Assembly (NCBI GenBank): GCA_964363945.1 | Contig: CAYIKF010000004.1 | Span: 1 to 32,432, forward strand | Reading direction: 5' to 3' | Source of the DNA: an uncultured Gammaproteobacteria bacterium | GTDB taxonomy: Bacteria > Patescibacteriota > Microgenomatia > UBA8517 > JACQJR01 | Length of the DNA: 32,432 nt | Shown: positions 1-7,639 of the stretch, one piece after another | Layout of the letters: every line of letters starts with the position of its first letter | Position numbering within the stretch: position 1 is the stretch's first letter | The notes under the pieces: model-generated | Database searches by the model: none | What the model was told of the DNA's origin: nothing | What the model saw: only the letters and a program-made list of their open reading frames with translations | Program-made: the position numbers and the translations under genes

Positions 1-2444
1 CTCCACGTAGGAAGCCAATAGTAGAAGTTGTCAAGCCAGCGGGGGACAAAAACGCCTGTCCAATGGGGGAAGAAGAAAATATAAATAATAAGTAATAAGG
101 AAAAAGTAATAAGTATGAAATCCTTTTTCTGGGTTGAGAGATACCAGCCGATGGCCAGCGAGAGGAAGGGAACTGCTGGCAAATAGTGGTAAAGGAACAT
201 AACGCGGGGAGAGAGTGCCCAGGGCAAGAAAAGGAGCCCCCAAGCCGCAACGACAGCCAAAAGCGGGTAGATACGCGCACGTATTCCTGCTACTGCGGCG
301 ATAGCCATTGTCACAATACCACCCCAGAACACAAACGGATTGCCCACTGCAAAAATGTTGGATACAAACCCGTCTTTCCCTTCCGCGAAGAACCACACAG
401 GGCGCAAGCTTAGCGGCCATGTCCACCAAGAAGATTGATACGCATGTGAAGCTTGGAGATTCGTGTGATACCACCACATCTGTTTCTGAAGCTCAATAAA
501 TTGGGACACTGAATGACCGCCTAAAAAGAACGGGATGTAGGAGGCAAGGTAAAGAGCAGGAGGAATTACTGCAAACCATACGATACGCCAGCGTGGCTTT
601 TGCTTAAAAAGGAGCATGAGAACAAACAAGAGAGGTACTACCCACACTGTGGTCCACTTTGATGCTGCAGCAAGTCCCAAAAAAACACTTGAGAAGAAAT
701 AGCGCTCTTTCAGAAAGAATAGTACCGAAAGGAGCGCAAAAAACAAAAAGTAGGTATCGTTCATGCCCACCCTAGACATCACAAGCGGTAAGCCATCAAG
801 CGCAAAGACGGCAGCAGCGAGGAGCCCTACCGTCTTGTTTCGAAATAATTGCACTCCCAGAAGATATACCAAAAAGATCACTCCTACCCCCAACAGTGCA
901 CCGGGCAATCGCCAGCCAAGAGGTCGCTCACCCAGGATAACCATACCCGCCACCATTCCCAGTTTGGCAAGCGGTGGATGGGTCCACTCATACGCAAAGC
1001 CCTTTGGGGGTGTATTCCACCATTCCCACGCAGCATTGTTACCTTGTAACATTTCTTTGGCTGTGAAGGCATGGTAAACCTCATCAAAATAAAAAGTTGG
1101 TGGGAACCAAAGGCCTGCAAGGCGAGACAAAAGTGCAAAGCCAAGAACACCTGCCAGCAAGGGTCTTATCAGTTTATCAGGTATCAGTTTTCGGGTGCCA
1201 GGTATCAGGTTTCGGTTATCAGTTGCCAGTAATTTTCGTTTTAAATAATTGAAAATTGAATGAAAATTTAAAATTGAAAATTGAAAATTCTTTGGTCGGA
1301 GAAAAACCACAACCATTAAACCTGCGGCAATCAAATTTATTACAACAAAAACATCTATTATTCCTTGAGAAAATATTTGGCGAAAACCTTCAGTTATCCA
1401 AACATATGAGTAGCGCAAGTTTGCAAGGTAGGTAGCGGAAAGTATGGCATAGGGCAACCACAGAAGTGGAAACTGGGCAGCCGCTATGGCGAGCGGGGCG
1501 AACGTGGGGAGAAGATGCCGTTCATGCATACGGGTTAAGAACAAAAATGAGACAACAAACCACAACGCAGTAACCAGCCATATGGTAGTCTTACTCTTCT
1601 CTTGCCGAACCCACCAGTATCGCAGGAGCAATGATAATACCGTTACCGCGACCACAATACCTCCTATTTGCAACCCCCCTCCATCCGGTTTCCACAATCC
1701 AGTGATGAGTGCCCAGAAGTTGAACGCATTAATACTACTATAGGGATACTGATTCGCAGTCGCACCTAGCCTTTCCACCACAAACGAGATGAATTCTCCG
1801 ATTCGGAGGATGAAAGGTACACCATGCGCAAATGGGACAAATCCGCCAAGAAAGATAAGTAGCGAGAAAATCGCGTAGCCTATCGTCTTTTTCAATCCAT
1901 AAGTCTTCCACAACAAAACTGCCACAATCGGTGCAATAAATCCTGCTTGGGGTTTGACGAGTGCGCCAGCGCCCAACGCAGCGGCGGAAAGGAGTGGAAG
2001 ATGCTTCGCAAAAAAGATGGAACTCAGTGCAAGAAATACTGTTATTCCATCAATTTGTCCCCACAAGGTTGAATTTGCAAAAACTGCGGGATTAAAAAGG
2101 TAAAGGGCGGCTGCAGGTAGAGCTAACTTCTTATTAAATCGGGAAACGGCAAAAAAGATAAGCGCACCTGTGGCTACATCAGCAAGGATTGCGGGAAGTT
2201 TGTAGAGCAACGTATCTGGTAGTGCTGGTAAGATGGTATTCACTTGACCCAAAAGCCAAAGAACATAAAGATACCCTGGCAGATAATCAGACCACCCATT
2301 GTAAAAATTACCAAGTCCATCCCTTACCAGTTGCTGACTCCACGCAACAAAAGTATTAAAATCAAGGGAAAGTGTACCGGTAGAAGAAAGAAAAAGCCGC
2401 AAAAGAAAACCAATAAGAAAAATAAAAACTATTATGCGTTTCAT
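1..2444 (-). CDS. Large two-module GT-C membrane glycosyltransferase (N-terminal GT-C module fused to a protein O-mannosyltransferase-like PMT module); 3'-partial, >=814 aa
   Basis: Absent from the ORF track because no stop falls inside the window. Manual translation from ATG at 2444 gives MKRIIVFIFLIGFFLRLF..DFNTFVAW..DYLPGYLY..NSTLWGQID..KPQ..FLTRMHERHL, a linker, then FYFDEVYHAF..EWTHPPLAK..WWYHTNLQASHAYQSSWWTWPLSLRPVWF..MFLYHYLP..YYWLPTW. The frame is the same at the start, at 1080-1320 and at the window edge. It was spot-checked, not read codon by codon. Confidence 0.88.
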   Translation of the reverse strand, partial: MKRIIVFIFLIGFLLRLFLSSTGTLSLDFNTFVAWSQQLVRDGLGNFYNGWSDYLPGYLYVLWLLGQVNTILPALPDTLLYKLPAILADVATGALIFFAVSRFNKKLALPAAALYLFNPAVFANSTLWGQIDGITVFLALSSIFFAKHLPLLSAAALGAGALVKPQAGFIAPIVAVLLWKTYGLKKTIGYAIFSLLIFLGGFVPFAHGVPFILRIGEFISFVVERLGATANQYPYSSINAFNFWALITGLWKPDGGGLQIGGIVVAVTVLSLLLRYWWVRQEKSKTTIWLVTALWFVVSFLFLTRMHERHLLPTFAPLAIAAAQFPLLWLPYAILSATYLANLRYSYVWITEGFRQIFSQGIIDVFVVINLIAAGLMVVVFLRPKNFQFSILNFHSIFNYLKRKLLATDNRNLIPGTRKLIPDKLIRPLLAGVLGFALLSRLAGLWFPPTFYFDEVYHAFTAKEMLQGNNAAWEWWNTPPKGFAYEWTHPPLAKLGMVAGMVILGERPLGWRLPGALLGVGVIFLVYLLGVQLFRNKTVGLLAAAVFALDGLPLVMSRVGMNDTYFLFFALLSVLFFLKERYFFSSVFLGLAAASKWTTVWVVPLLFVLMLLFKQKPRWRIVWFAVIPPALYLASYIPFFLGGHSVSQFIELQKQMWWYHTNLQASHAYQSSWWTWPLSLRPVWFFAEGKDGFVSNIFAVGNPFVFWGGIVTMAIAAVAGIRARIYPLLAVVAAWGLLFLPWALSPRVMFLYHYLPAVPFLSLAIGWYLSTQKKDFILITFSLLLIIYIFFFPHWTGVFVPRWLDNFYYWLPTW
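1174..1229. repeat. Degenerate heptamer tandem array (8 units, consensus KTATCAG) in the GT-C linker
   Basis: ttatcag gtatcag ttttcgg gtgccag gtatcag gtttcgg ttatcag ttgccag; read on the minus strand within LATDNRNLIPGTRKLIPDKL. Confidence 0.85.
1251..1291. repeat. GAAAATT heptamer array in the GT-C linker
   Basis: gaaaatt gaat gaaaatt taaaatt gaaaatt gaaaatt ct; 1259-1291 is identical to 7152-7184. Confidence 0.92.
1788..1814. repeat. Mini-hairpin with a 6-bp flanking direct repeat (21-nt in-frame insertion candidate)
   Basis: GATGAA-ttCTCCG att CGGAG-GATGAA; protein GVP-FI-LRIGE-FI-SF. Confidence 0.65.
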
Positions 2445-3543
2445 TCGTTCTAGTCTATTTCAACTCACCTTGTTTATTATTCTAATAAGAATTGCACTAC
2501 TAGTATTACCCTGGATTTTTACAATTCTCGTCTTCCCAGAAAAATCTAATCTGCCATTTTATCAGTTTATTGAAAACTCATGGATTGCCTGGGATGGGCG
2601 AATCTATCTTTATATTGCACAAAACGGTTATACGAATGTCGGCGATCCAGGTAATTTTATCGTATTTTACCCGTTTTATCCCCTCATGGCAAAACTAGGC
2701 TTACTACTTTTCAATAATCCAGTTTGGGTGGGAATTATCATCTCATTATTATTTTATATTGCAGCCATTTTCATCTTTTACCGCCTAATAAAATTTGATT
2801 TTTCAGAGAATGTAGCACGGTGGTCTCTTATCATGCTCTCTATTTTCCCAACAGCATATTTCTTTGGAGCACCATATACAGAATCCTTGTTCTTTTTGAC
2901 CGCTGTTCTAACCTTTTACTTTGCAAGAAGAGAAAATTGGTTATCGGCAGGCATTTGTTCAGGTTTGGCAACGTTCACTCGTCCATTTGGGGTACTGCTT
3001 GTTCCCTCACTCATTATTGAGTGGATATATACGAAAAAGAGAAAAGTCTTACACCTCGTCTTTTTGGTGATGCCATCTGTAGTGTCGGTTTTAATATACC
3101 TTTACATCAATCAGCTTGTCTATGACAACCCTCTTGCATTCCAAAAAATCCTTGAAAGTCATTGGCAAAAACAACTTGCTTTACCACTCACAGGGATATT
3201 GAGCTCTTGGCAAAGAGCGTTATTTGGCGAATTAAACAATTACACGCTTATGGTGGGGTGGGCGGAGGCAGTCTCTCTCACGGTTGCCTGGGCATTACTC
3301 CCAGTTGCTTTTGTAAAACTACGACGTTCTTGGGCTGTCTACTATTTTTTAAGTATTCTTTTGTTCTCTTCAACAACCTTTATTTTAAGTACTCCAAGAT
3401 ACCTTCTCTCAATACCACCATTTTTCGTACTTTTGGGAATAGCAGCACAAAATAACTTCTTTAGATCAGCCTGGGGATTTATATCAATAGTGCTTCTTTC
3501 TTACTTGACGCTCCTATATGTTCGGGGACAGTGGGCATTTTGA
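2434..3543 (+). CDS. GT-C membrane mannosyltransferase-like protein (PIG-V/Mannosyl_trans2-like)
   Basis: 369-aa polytopic membrane protein; motifs WDG..YLYIAQNGY, FYPFYP, YTESLF, PRY. Confidence 0.85.
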   Translation: MRFIRSSLFQLTLFIILIRIALLVLPWIFTILVFPEKSNLPFYQFIENSWIAWDGRIYLYIAQNGYTNVGDPGNFIVFYPFYPLMAKLGLLLFNNPVWVGIIISLLFYIAAIFIFYRLIKFDFSENVARWSLIMLSIFPTAYFFGAPYTESLFFLTAVLTFYFARRENWLSAGICSGLATFTRPFGVLLVPSLIIEWIYTKKRKVLHLVFLVMPSVVSVLIYLYINQLVYDNPLAFQKILESHWQKQLALPLTGILSSWQRALFGELNNYTLMVGWAEAVSLTVAWALLPVAFVKLRRSWAVYYFLSILLFSSTTFILSTPRYLLSIPPFFVLLGIAAQNNFFRSAWGFISIVLLSYLTLLYVRGQWAF

Positions 3544-3544
3544 G

Positions 3545-4645
3545 TTACCGCAATAACCCTTTTACCCAATCCCTTACCTCTCCCCATGTTCCGTCGCGGG
3601 GAGTGAGAACCCACTGGTTATCATACAGAGGAGAAATAGGAGGATGCACAAGAAAACCGGTTTGTGCATCACCCACTGCTCCACCGTCCAGAACCACACT
3701 TTTAATCTTCTCTTTATCAAGCCGTAGCATCATACGTGCGAGAATGGGGAGGTCATCCTCGGGTATGTCAGTTTCCACAGAACTCACGACCGTATCCCAT
3801 ACTTTTTTCAGTTTGCGAGGATTAAGCAAAATCTTCGGGGAAAGCAGTTTTTGTTTTATACTCAGGAGAACCTTTTGCTGCCTGCTACTCCTTGCAAAGT
3901 CAGTTCCTTCCTCACCTTCTGCGTTTCGGGAACGCACAAACTTGAGCGCTGTTTGTCCGTCCATAATTTGTTTGCCCTTCTCAAAGTGCACATGTTCATA
4001 CCGGCAGCGAAACTCTGGATCTCCGCCGCACTCATCAGTTTCTCGACCAGGAATAGGATACTTATTATCATCAAAGGTGCGCTCGACCTCAACTTCAGCA
4101 CCACCCAGCAGATCAACCAACTGCACAAATCCAGAAAAATCGACTGCTGCCCCGTAATGGACCGGTTGATCAATAATTTCGGTAACTGAAGCTTTTGCTA
4201 AAATCACTCCTCCGCCTTCTCTTTTTTGGTTGCCGTAGTAATAGGCAGTATTTAACTTCGCACGTAGTGATGAAATCCAAATATCTCGAGGCAAAGAAAG
4301 AAAGACTGGATTGCTACCCTTATGGTCCAAAGAGACAAATATCATGGTGTCGGTCAATTCTGGTGCTTCATGCCCTGCGCCACCAACTCCCAATAACAAG
4401 ATACTTGTGCGGCCACCCTGACTCTCAAGCATCGAGGGTGAACCAAAAAGAAAGAGTGTTGCCATCTTTGGGAGGAAGAACACGCGCACGCCAATATTAC
4501 CGAGTGGCTCCCTGAGAAGAACAAAGAGAGCTGCCAACAAAAGGAGTGCCCCGCCCACAAACACTACCCGTGCCAGCAGGACGTGTGAGAGAAGTTTTCG
4601 TTTTATTCGAGAAATAAGGCGAGAAAATGAGGTATAATTAACCAC
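3545..4645 (-). CDS. LytR-CpsA-Psr (LCP) family glycopolymer transferase
   Basis: N-terminal TM; LTDTMIF, SLPRDIW, KLNTAY, FVRSR, DFARSSRQQ motifs; GTG start with AAGGAG upstream (4654-4659, minus strand). Confidence 0.93.
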   Translation of the reverse strand: MVNYTSFSRLISRIKRKLLSHVLLARVVFVGGALLLLAALFVLLREPLGNIGVRVFFLPKMATLFLFGSPSMLESQGGRTSILLLGVGGAGHEAPELTDTMIFVSLDHKGSNPVFLSLPRDIWISSLRAKLNTAYYYGNQKREGGGVILAKASVTEIIDQPVHYGAAVDFSGFVQLVDLLGGAEVEVERTFDDNKYPIPGRETDECGGDPEFRCRYEHVHFEKGKQIMDGQTALKFVRSRNAEGEEGTDFARSSRQQKVLLSIKQKLLSPKILLNPRKLKKVWDTVVSSVETDIPEDDLPILARMMLRLDKEKIKSVVLDGGAVGDAQTGFLVHPPISPLYDNQWVLTPRDGTWGEVRDWVKGLLR

Positions 4646-4665
4646 GAAAGATACTCCTTTTGTTC

Positions 4666-6597
4666 ATGAGTACTATTGTAACGAATTTAAATCCCCGCCA
4701 ACAAGAGGCGGTCACTTTTTTTGGGGGACCATTACTTATCTTAGCAGGCGCGGGAAGCGGCAAAACACGCGTCCTCACCCACCGTGCAGCCTGGTTAATC
4801 AAAGAAAAAGGTATTCCTTCTGAAAATCTTATCTTGGTAACCTTCACCAATAAAGCAGCAGGCGAGATGAGAGAAAGAATAAAAAAATTACTAACCACTA
4901 ATCACCCCGCCGAAGGCGAGGCTCGCCAAGGGCGGCAATCACTAATCACTCCTCCCCTTGCCTGCACTTTCCATTCCTTTTGTGCACGAGTACTACGCTC
5001 TTATGGCGAGAATATCAGCGTCCCGCGTCACTTTGTCATTTATGATGAAAATGACCAGCAAGAGGCAATAAAAGAGGTACTCACAAAGCTCGGTATGGGA
5101 GTGACCGCCATTAAACCCTCTTCAGTGCTTACGGTAATTTCTCAAGCAAAGAATGAAATGGTAACTGCAGAAGAGTATGCGCAGCTTTCTCGGGGGGAAT
5201 GGCAGCGGCACGTTGCAGTGGTATATCAGGAGTATGAGAAACTGTTGCGCGAGGTGGGGGCGTGCGATTTCGATGATCTCCTGCTTTTGGTTATCAAACT
5301 CTTTGAAGAACACCCCGATATTCGTGAGCGGTATCAAAAAATTTATCAGTATGTACTTGTTGACGAATGGCAAGATACCAATCGCGCGCAATACCGCTTG
5401 ACAAAACTCCTTGCAAAAGAACACCACAATCTGACAGTGGTAGGCGATGCCGCACAAAGTATATACAGTTGGCGGGGCGCAGACTATCGAAATATCGAAT
5501 ACCTTATGCGCGACTTCCCGGACATCACCGTTATTAACCTTGAGCAAAACTACCGCTCAACCCAGACAATTCTTGATGCCGCCTTCCATGTCATATCAAA
5601 AAACAGAACCCATCCAATCCTTAAACTGTGGACAAAAAATGATAAAGGCGAAAAAATAACGCTCTACCAAGCGCATAGTGAGCTTGAGGAAGCAGCATTC
5701 GTGGTAAGCGAAATTGAAAACCTAATAACCTACTCACCTAATAGCCCAATAACCTCTTCCTATCGTGATTTCGCGGTATTGTATCGTACCAATGCCCAAT
5801 CACGCGTGCTTGAGGAAGCAATGCTGCACGCTGGTATTCCTTATGTATTAATCGGGGGAGTACGGTTTTATGAGCGCAAAGAAGTAAAGGACATGCTTGC
5901 ATACCTGCGTCTCTTGGTTAATCCAAAGGATTCTGTATCACAAAAAAGGGCCGAGAAACTAGGTAAAAATCGTCTGAAAAAATTCACAACACTACGCCAA
6001 TCATTAGATGATAACCTTACTACGCTCGAGATTCTCGACAGTGTACTTGACACCACCGGATATCTTAATCTTTACGACACGGATGACCCAGAAGATGCCG
6101 CCCGACTGGAAAATATCAAAGAGTTGCGCTCTGTTGCGGCGGAATTTCCCGATGTGTACGAATTCTTGGAACAAGTCGCCCTGGTTGAGACAGCACAGAC
6201 TAGTAAAGGAGTTATACGTGATGCGGACCACCTGCCAGCGTCTGAGCGCAGCAATGGCGGGCAGGTAACACTCATGACCGCCCATGCCGCAAAGGGACTG
6301 GAGTTTCCAATTGTTTTTATCGTTGGTTTAGAAGAAGGCCTTTTCCCCCATAGTCGGGCGTTTGAGAGAGTTGAGGAACTGGAAGAAGAGCGTCGACTTT
6401 GTTATGTGGGAATCACTCGGGCAAAACAAAAACTATTTCTTACCTTTGCTGACCGACGCTTACTTTTTGGTCAGCGAACCAGTAATATTCCTTCTCGTTT
6501 TTTATCAGATATTCCAGAGGAACTATTTGAACAACCCGTTTCTTTTACACAAACACCAACATGGTCATGGCTAGACAAAACGAGCTACGAGGATTAG
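4666..6597 (+). CDS. pcrA: ATP-dependent SF1A DNA helicase PcrA/UvrD
   Basis: LAGAGSGKT, TFTNKAA, VDEWQDTN, GDAAQSIYSWRGA, NYRS, TAHAAKGLEF, EEERRLCYVGITRA; ATG 4666 preferred over TTG 4660. Confidence 0.95.
   Translation: MSTIVTNLNPRQQEAVTFFGGPLLILAGAGSGKTRVLTHRAAWLIKEKGIPSENLILVTFTNKAAGEMRERIKKLLTTNHPAEGEARQGRQSLITPPLACTFHSFCARVLRSYGENISVPRHFVIYDENDQQEAIKEVLTKLGMGVTAIKPSSVLTVISQAKNEMVTAEEYAQLSRGEWQRHVAVVYQEYEKLLREVGACDFDDLLLLVIKLFEEHPDIRERYQKIYQYVLVDEWQDTNRAQYRLTKLLAKEHHNLTVVGDAAQSIYSWRGADYRNIEYLMRDFPDITVINLEQNYRSTQTILDAAFHVISKNRTHPILKLWTKNDKGEKITLYQAHSELEEAAFVVSEIENLITYSPNSPITSSYRDFAVLYRTNAQSRVLEEAMLHAGIPYVLIGGVRFYERKEVKDMLAYLRLLVNPKDSVSQKRAEKLGKNRLKKFTTLRQSLDDNLTTLEILDSVLDTTGYLNLYDTDDPEDAARLENIKELRSVAAEFPDVYEFLEQVALVETAQTSKGVIRDADHLPASERSNGGQVTLMTAHAAKGLEFPIVFIVGLEEGLFPHSRAFERVEELEEERRLCYVGITRAKQKLFLTFADRRLLFGQRTSNIPSRFLSDIPEELFEQPVSFTQTPTWSWLDKTSYED
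4890..4950. repeat. ACTAATC heptamer array interrupted by a 30-bp GC-rich palindromic element (4906-4935)
   Basis: actaacc actaatc ac[CCCGCCGAAGGCGAGGCTCGCCAAGGGCGG]caatc actaatc act; removing the bracket restores the 7-nt phase. Confidence 0.88.
5721..5755. repeat. Octamer tandem array (CCTAATAA-like, 4 units) in pcrA
   Basis: cctaataa cctactca cctaatag cccaataa cct; encodes NLITYSPNSPITS. Confidence 0.75.
6230..6266. repeat. CCTGCC-type palindromic insertion in pcrA
   Basis: ACCTGCC agcgtctgagcgcagcaatggcg GGCAGGT (7-bp perfect inverted repeat); encodes HLPASERSNGG just before VTLMT. Confidence 0.78.
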
Positions 6598-7577
6598 ACA
6601 AAGTCACTCACCCTTTACAATCGCGGGAGTGGGGAGAGTTTAGAGAGAAAACTGGTGTTGAAGTTGTAAGAGGTAAAGACCTGCCTGCGCAGGCAGGCTT
6701 TCAACTCACAATCCATAAAATCCCATATACCCCATGGTCAATTGGCTACCTTCCCAAAGGACCACTTCCGACAAAACAGACCATCGACGAATTAAAAAAG
6801 ATTGGAGAAGAAAATAGGTGTATTTTTATTCAGCTTGAACCCAATATAGAACGATTTAAGAATTATGATTTAAGATTTAAGAATTTAGGATTACGAACAT
6901 CAATCCGTCCACTTTTTACAAAATACAACTTCGTTATTGATTTGACAAAAAGCGAAGAAGAATTACTTGCAGCAATGCATCCGAAAACCCGATATAATAT
7001 CCGAGTTGCCCAAAAACATGGTGTAACGGTTAAAGAAAGAACAGACGACGAAGCGTTTAAAATTTACTTAAAGCTCTATTTCGAAACAACAAAACGCCAA
7101 AAATATTTCGGCCATACACCAGAGTATCATCGTTTGCTCTGGCAAACTCTAAATGAAAATTTAAAATTGAAAATTGAAAATTCTGATAGGGTTATTCCTC
7201 ATTTGCTAATCGCCTCCTACAAAGGCATTCCACTCACAGCATGGCTGCTCTTACAGTACAAGGATACCCTTTATTATCCCTATGGCGGCTCATCAGAAGA
7301 ACATAAAAACGTCATGGCAAGTAACCTTATTATGTGGGAAGCAATAAAACTTGGAAAAAAATTAGGTTGTAAAACGTTCGATCTCTGGGGCGCCCTCAGC
7401 CCAAATCCAGATCCAAAAGACCCATGGTATGGATTTCATCGATTTAAACAAGGTTATGGCGGGCGACTTGTAGAATATGTTGGAAGTTATGATCTCGTCT
7501 TAAATCCGCTTCTTTACTGGGGGTTTCATTTAATTGATAAACTGCGTTGGATAGTTTTACGCTTAAGGCCTCTCTAA
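6561..7577 (+). CDS. FemAB/FemX-family peptidoglycan bridge aminoacyltransferase
   Basis: HPLQSREWG, YLPKGP, KTRYNIRVA, YYPYGGS, FDLWG, GFHRFKQGYGG; start could be 6561 or 6567 and overlaps the pcrA 3' end. Confidence 0.9.
   Translation: MVMARQNELRGLDKVTHPLQSREWGEFREKTGVEVVRGKDLPAQAGFQLTIHKIPYTPWSIGYLPKGPLPTKQTIDELKKIGEENRCIFIQLEPNIERFKNYDLRFKNLGLRTSIRPLFTKYNFVIDLTKSEEELLAAMHPKTRYNIRVAQKHGVTVKERTDDEAFKIYLKLYFETTKRQKYFGHTPEYHRLLWQTLNENLKLKIENSDRVIPHLLIASYKGIPLTAWLLLQYKDTLYYPYGGSSEEHKNVMASNLIMWEAIKLGKKLGCKTFDLWGALSPNPDPKDPWYGFHRFKQGYGGRLVEYVGSYDLVLNPLLYWGFHLIDKLRWIVLRLRPL
6680..6697. repeat. Perfect 18-bp palindrome CCTGCCTGCGCAGGCAGG, in frame (LPAQAG)
   Basis: Self-reverse-complementary; 6677-6697 matches 8016-8036 with 1 mismatch. 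Confidence 0.93.
6853..6887. repeat. GATTTAA heptamer array (5 units) in the femAB-like gene
   Basis: gatttaa gaattat gatttaa gatttaa gaattta; encodes RFKNYDLRFKNL. Confidence 0.88.
7152..7184. repeat. GAAAATT heptamer array in the femAB-like gene
   Basis: aat gaaaatt taaaatt gaaaatt gaaaatt ct; encodes NENLKLKIENS; identical to 1259-1291. Confidence 0.92.
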
Positions 7578-7602
7578 TTCTATTTTTTATCTTACACTAT
7601 TA

Positions 7603-7639
7603 TCCGCCTTCGTCCGCCAGCTAGCGAACTTCGGCGGGA
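7603..7639. repeat. Nested GC-rich CCGCC..GGCGG hairpin between convergent genes (possible terminator)
   Basis: tCCGCC ttc[gtccgccagctagcgaac]ttc GGCGGga; the inner stem pairs on the minus strand with two G-U pairs; abuts the stop codon at 7640-7642. Confidence 0.7.

Noticed and set aside
31-2453. Short ORF-track calls at 31-477, 186-413, 763-1077, 884-1150, 1486-1743 and 2244-2453
   Set aside because: They are off-frame or antisense shadows of the long minus-strand GT-C gene.
6853-7184. Arrays as phase-variation (ON/OFF) simple sequence repeats
   Set aside because: The units are degenerate, all host ORFs are intact, and several hosts are housekeeping genes. It cannot be fully excluded without reads.
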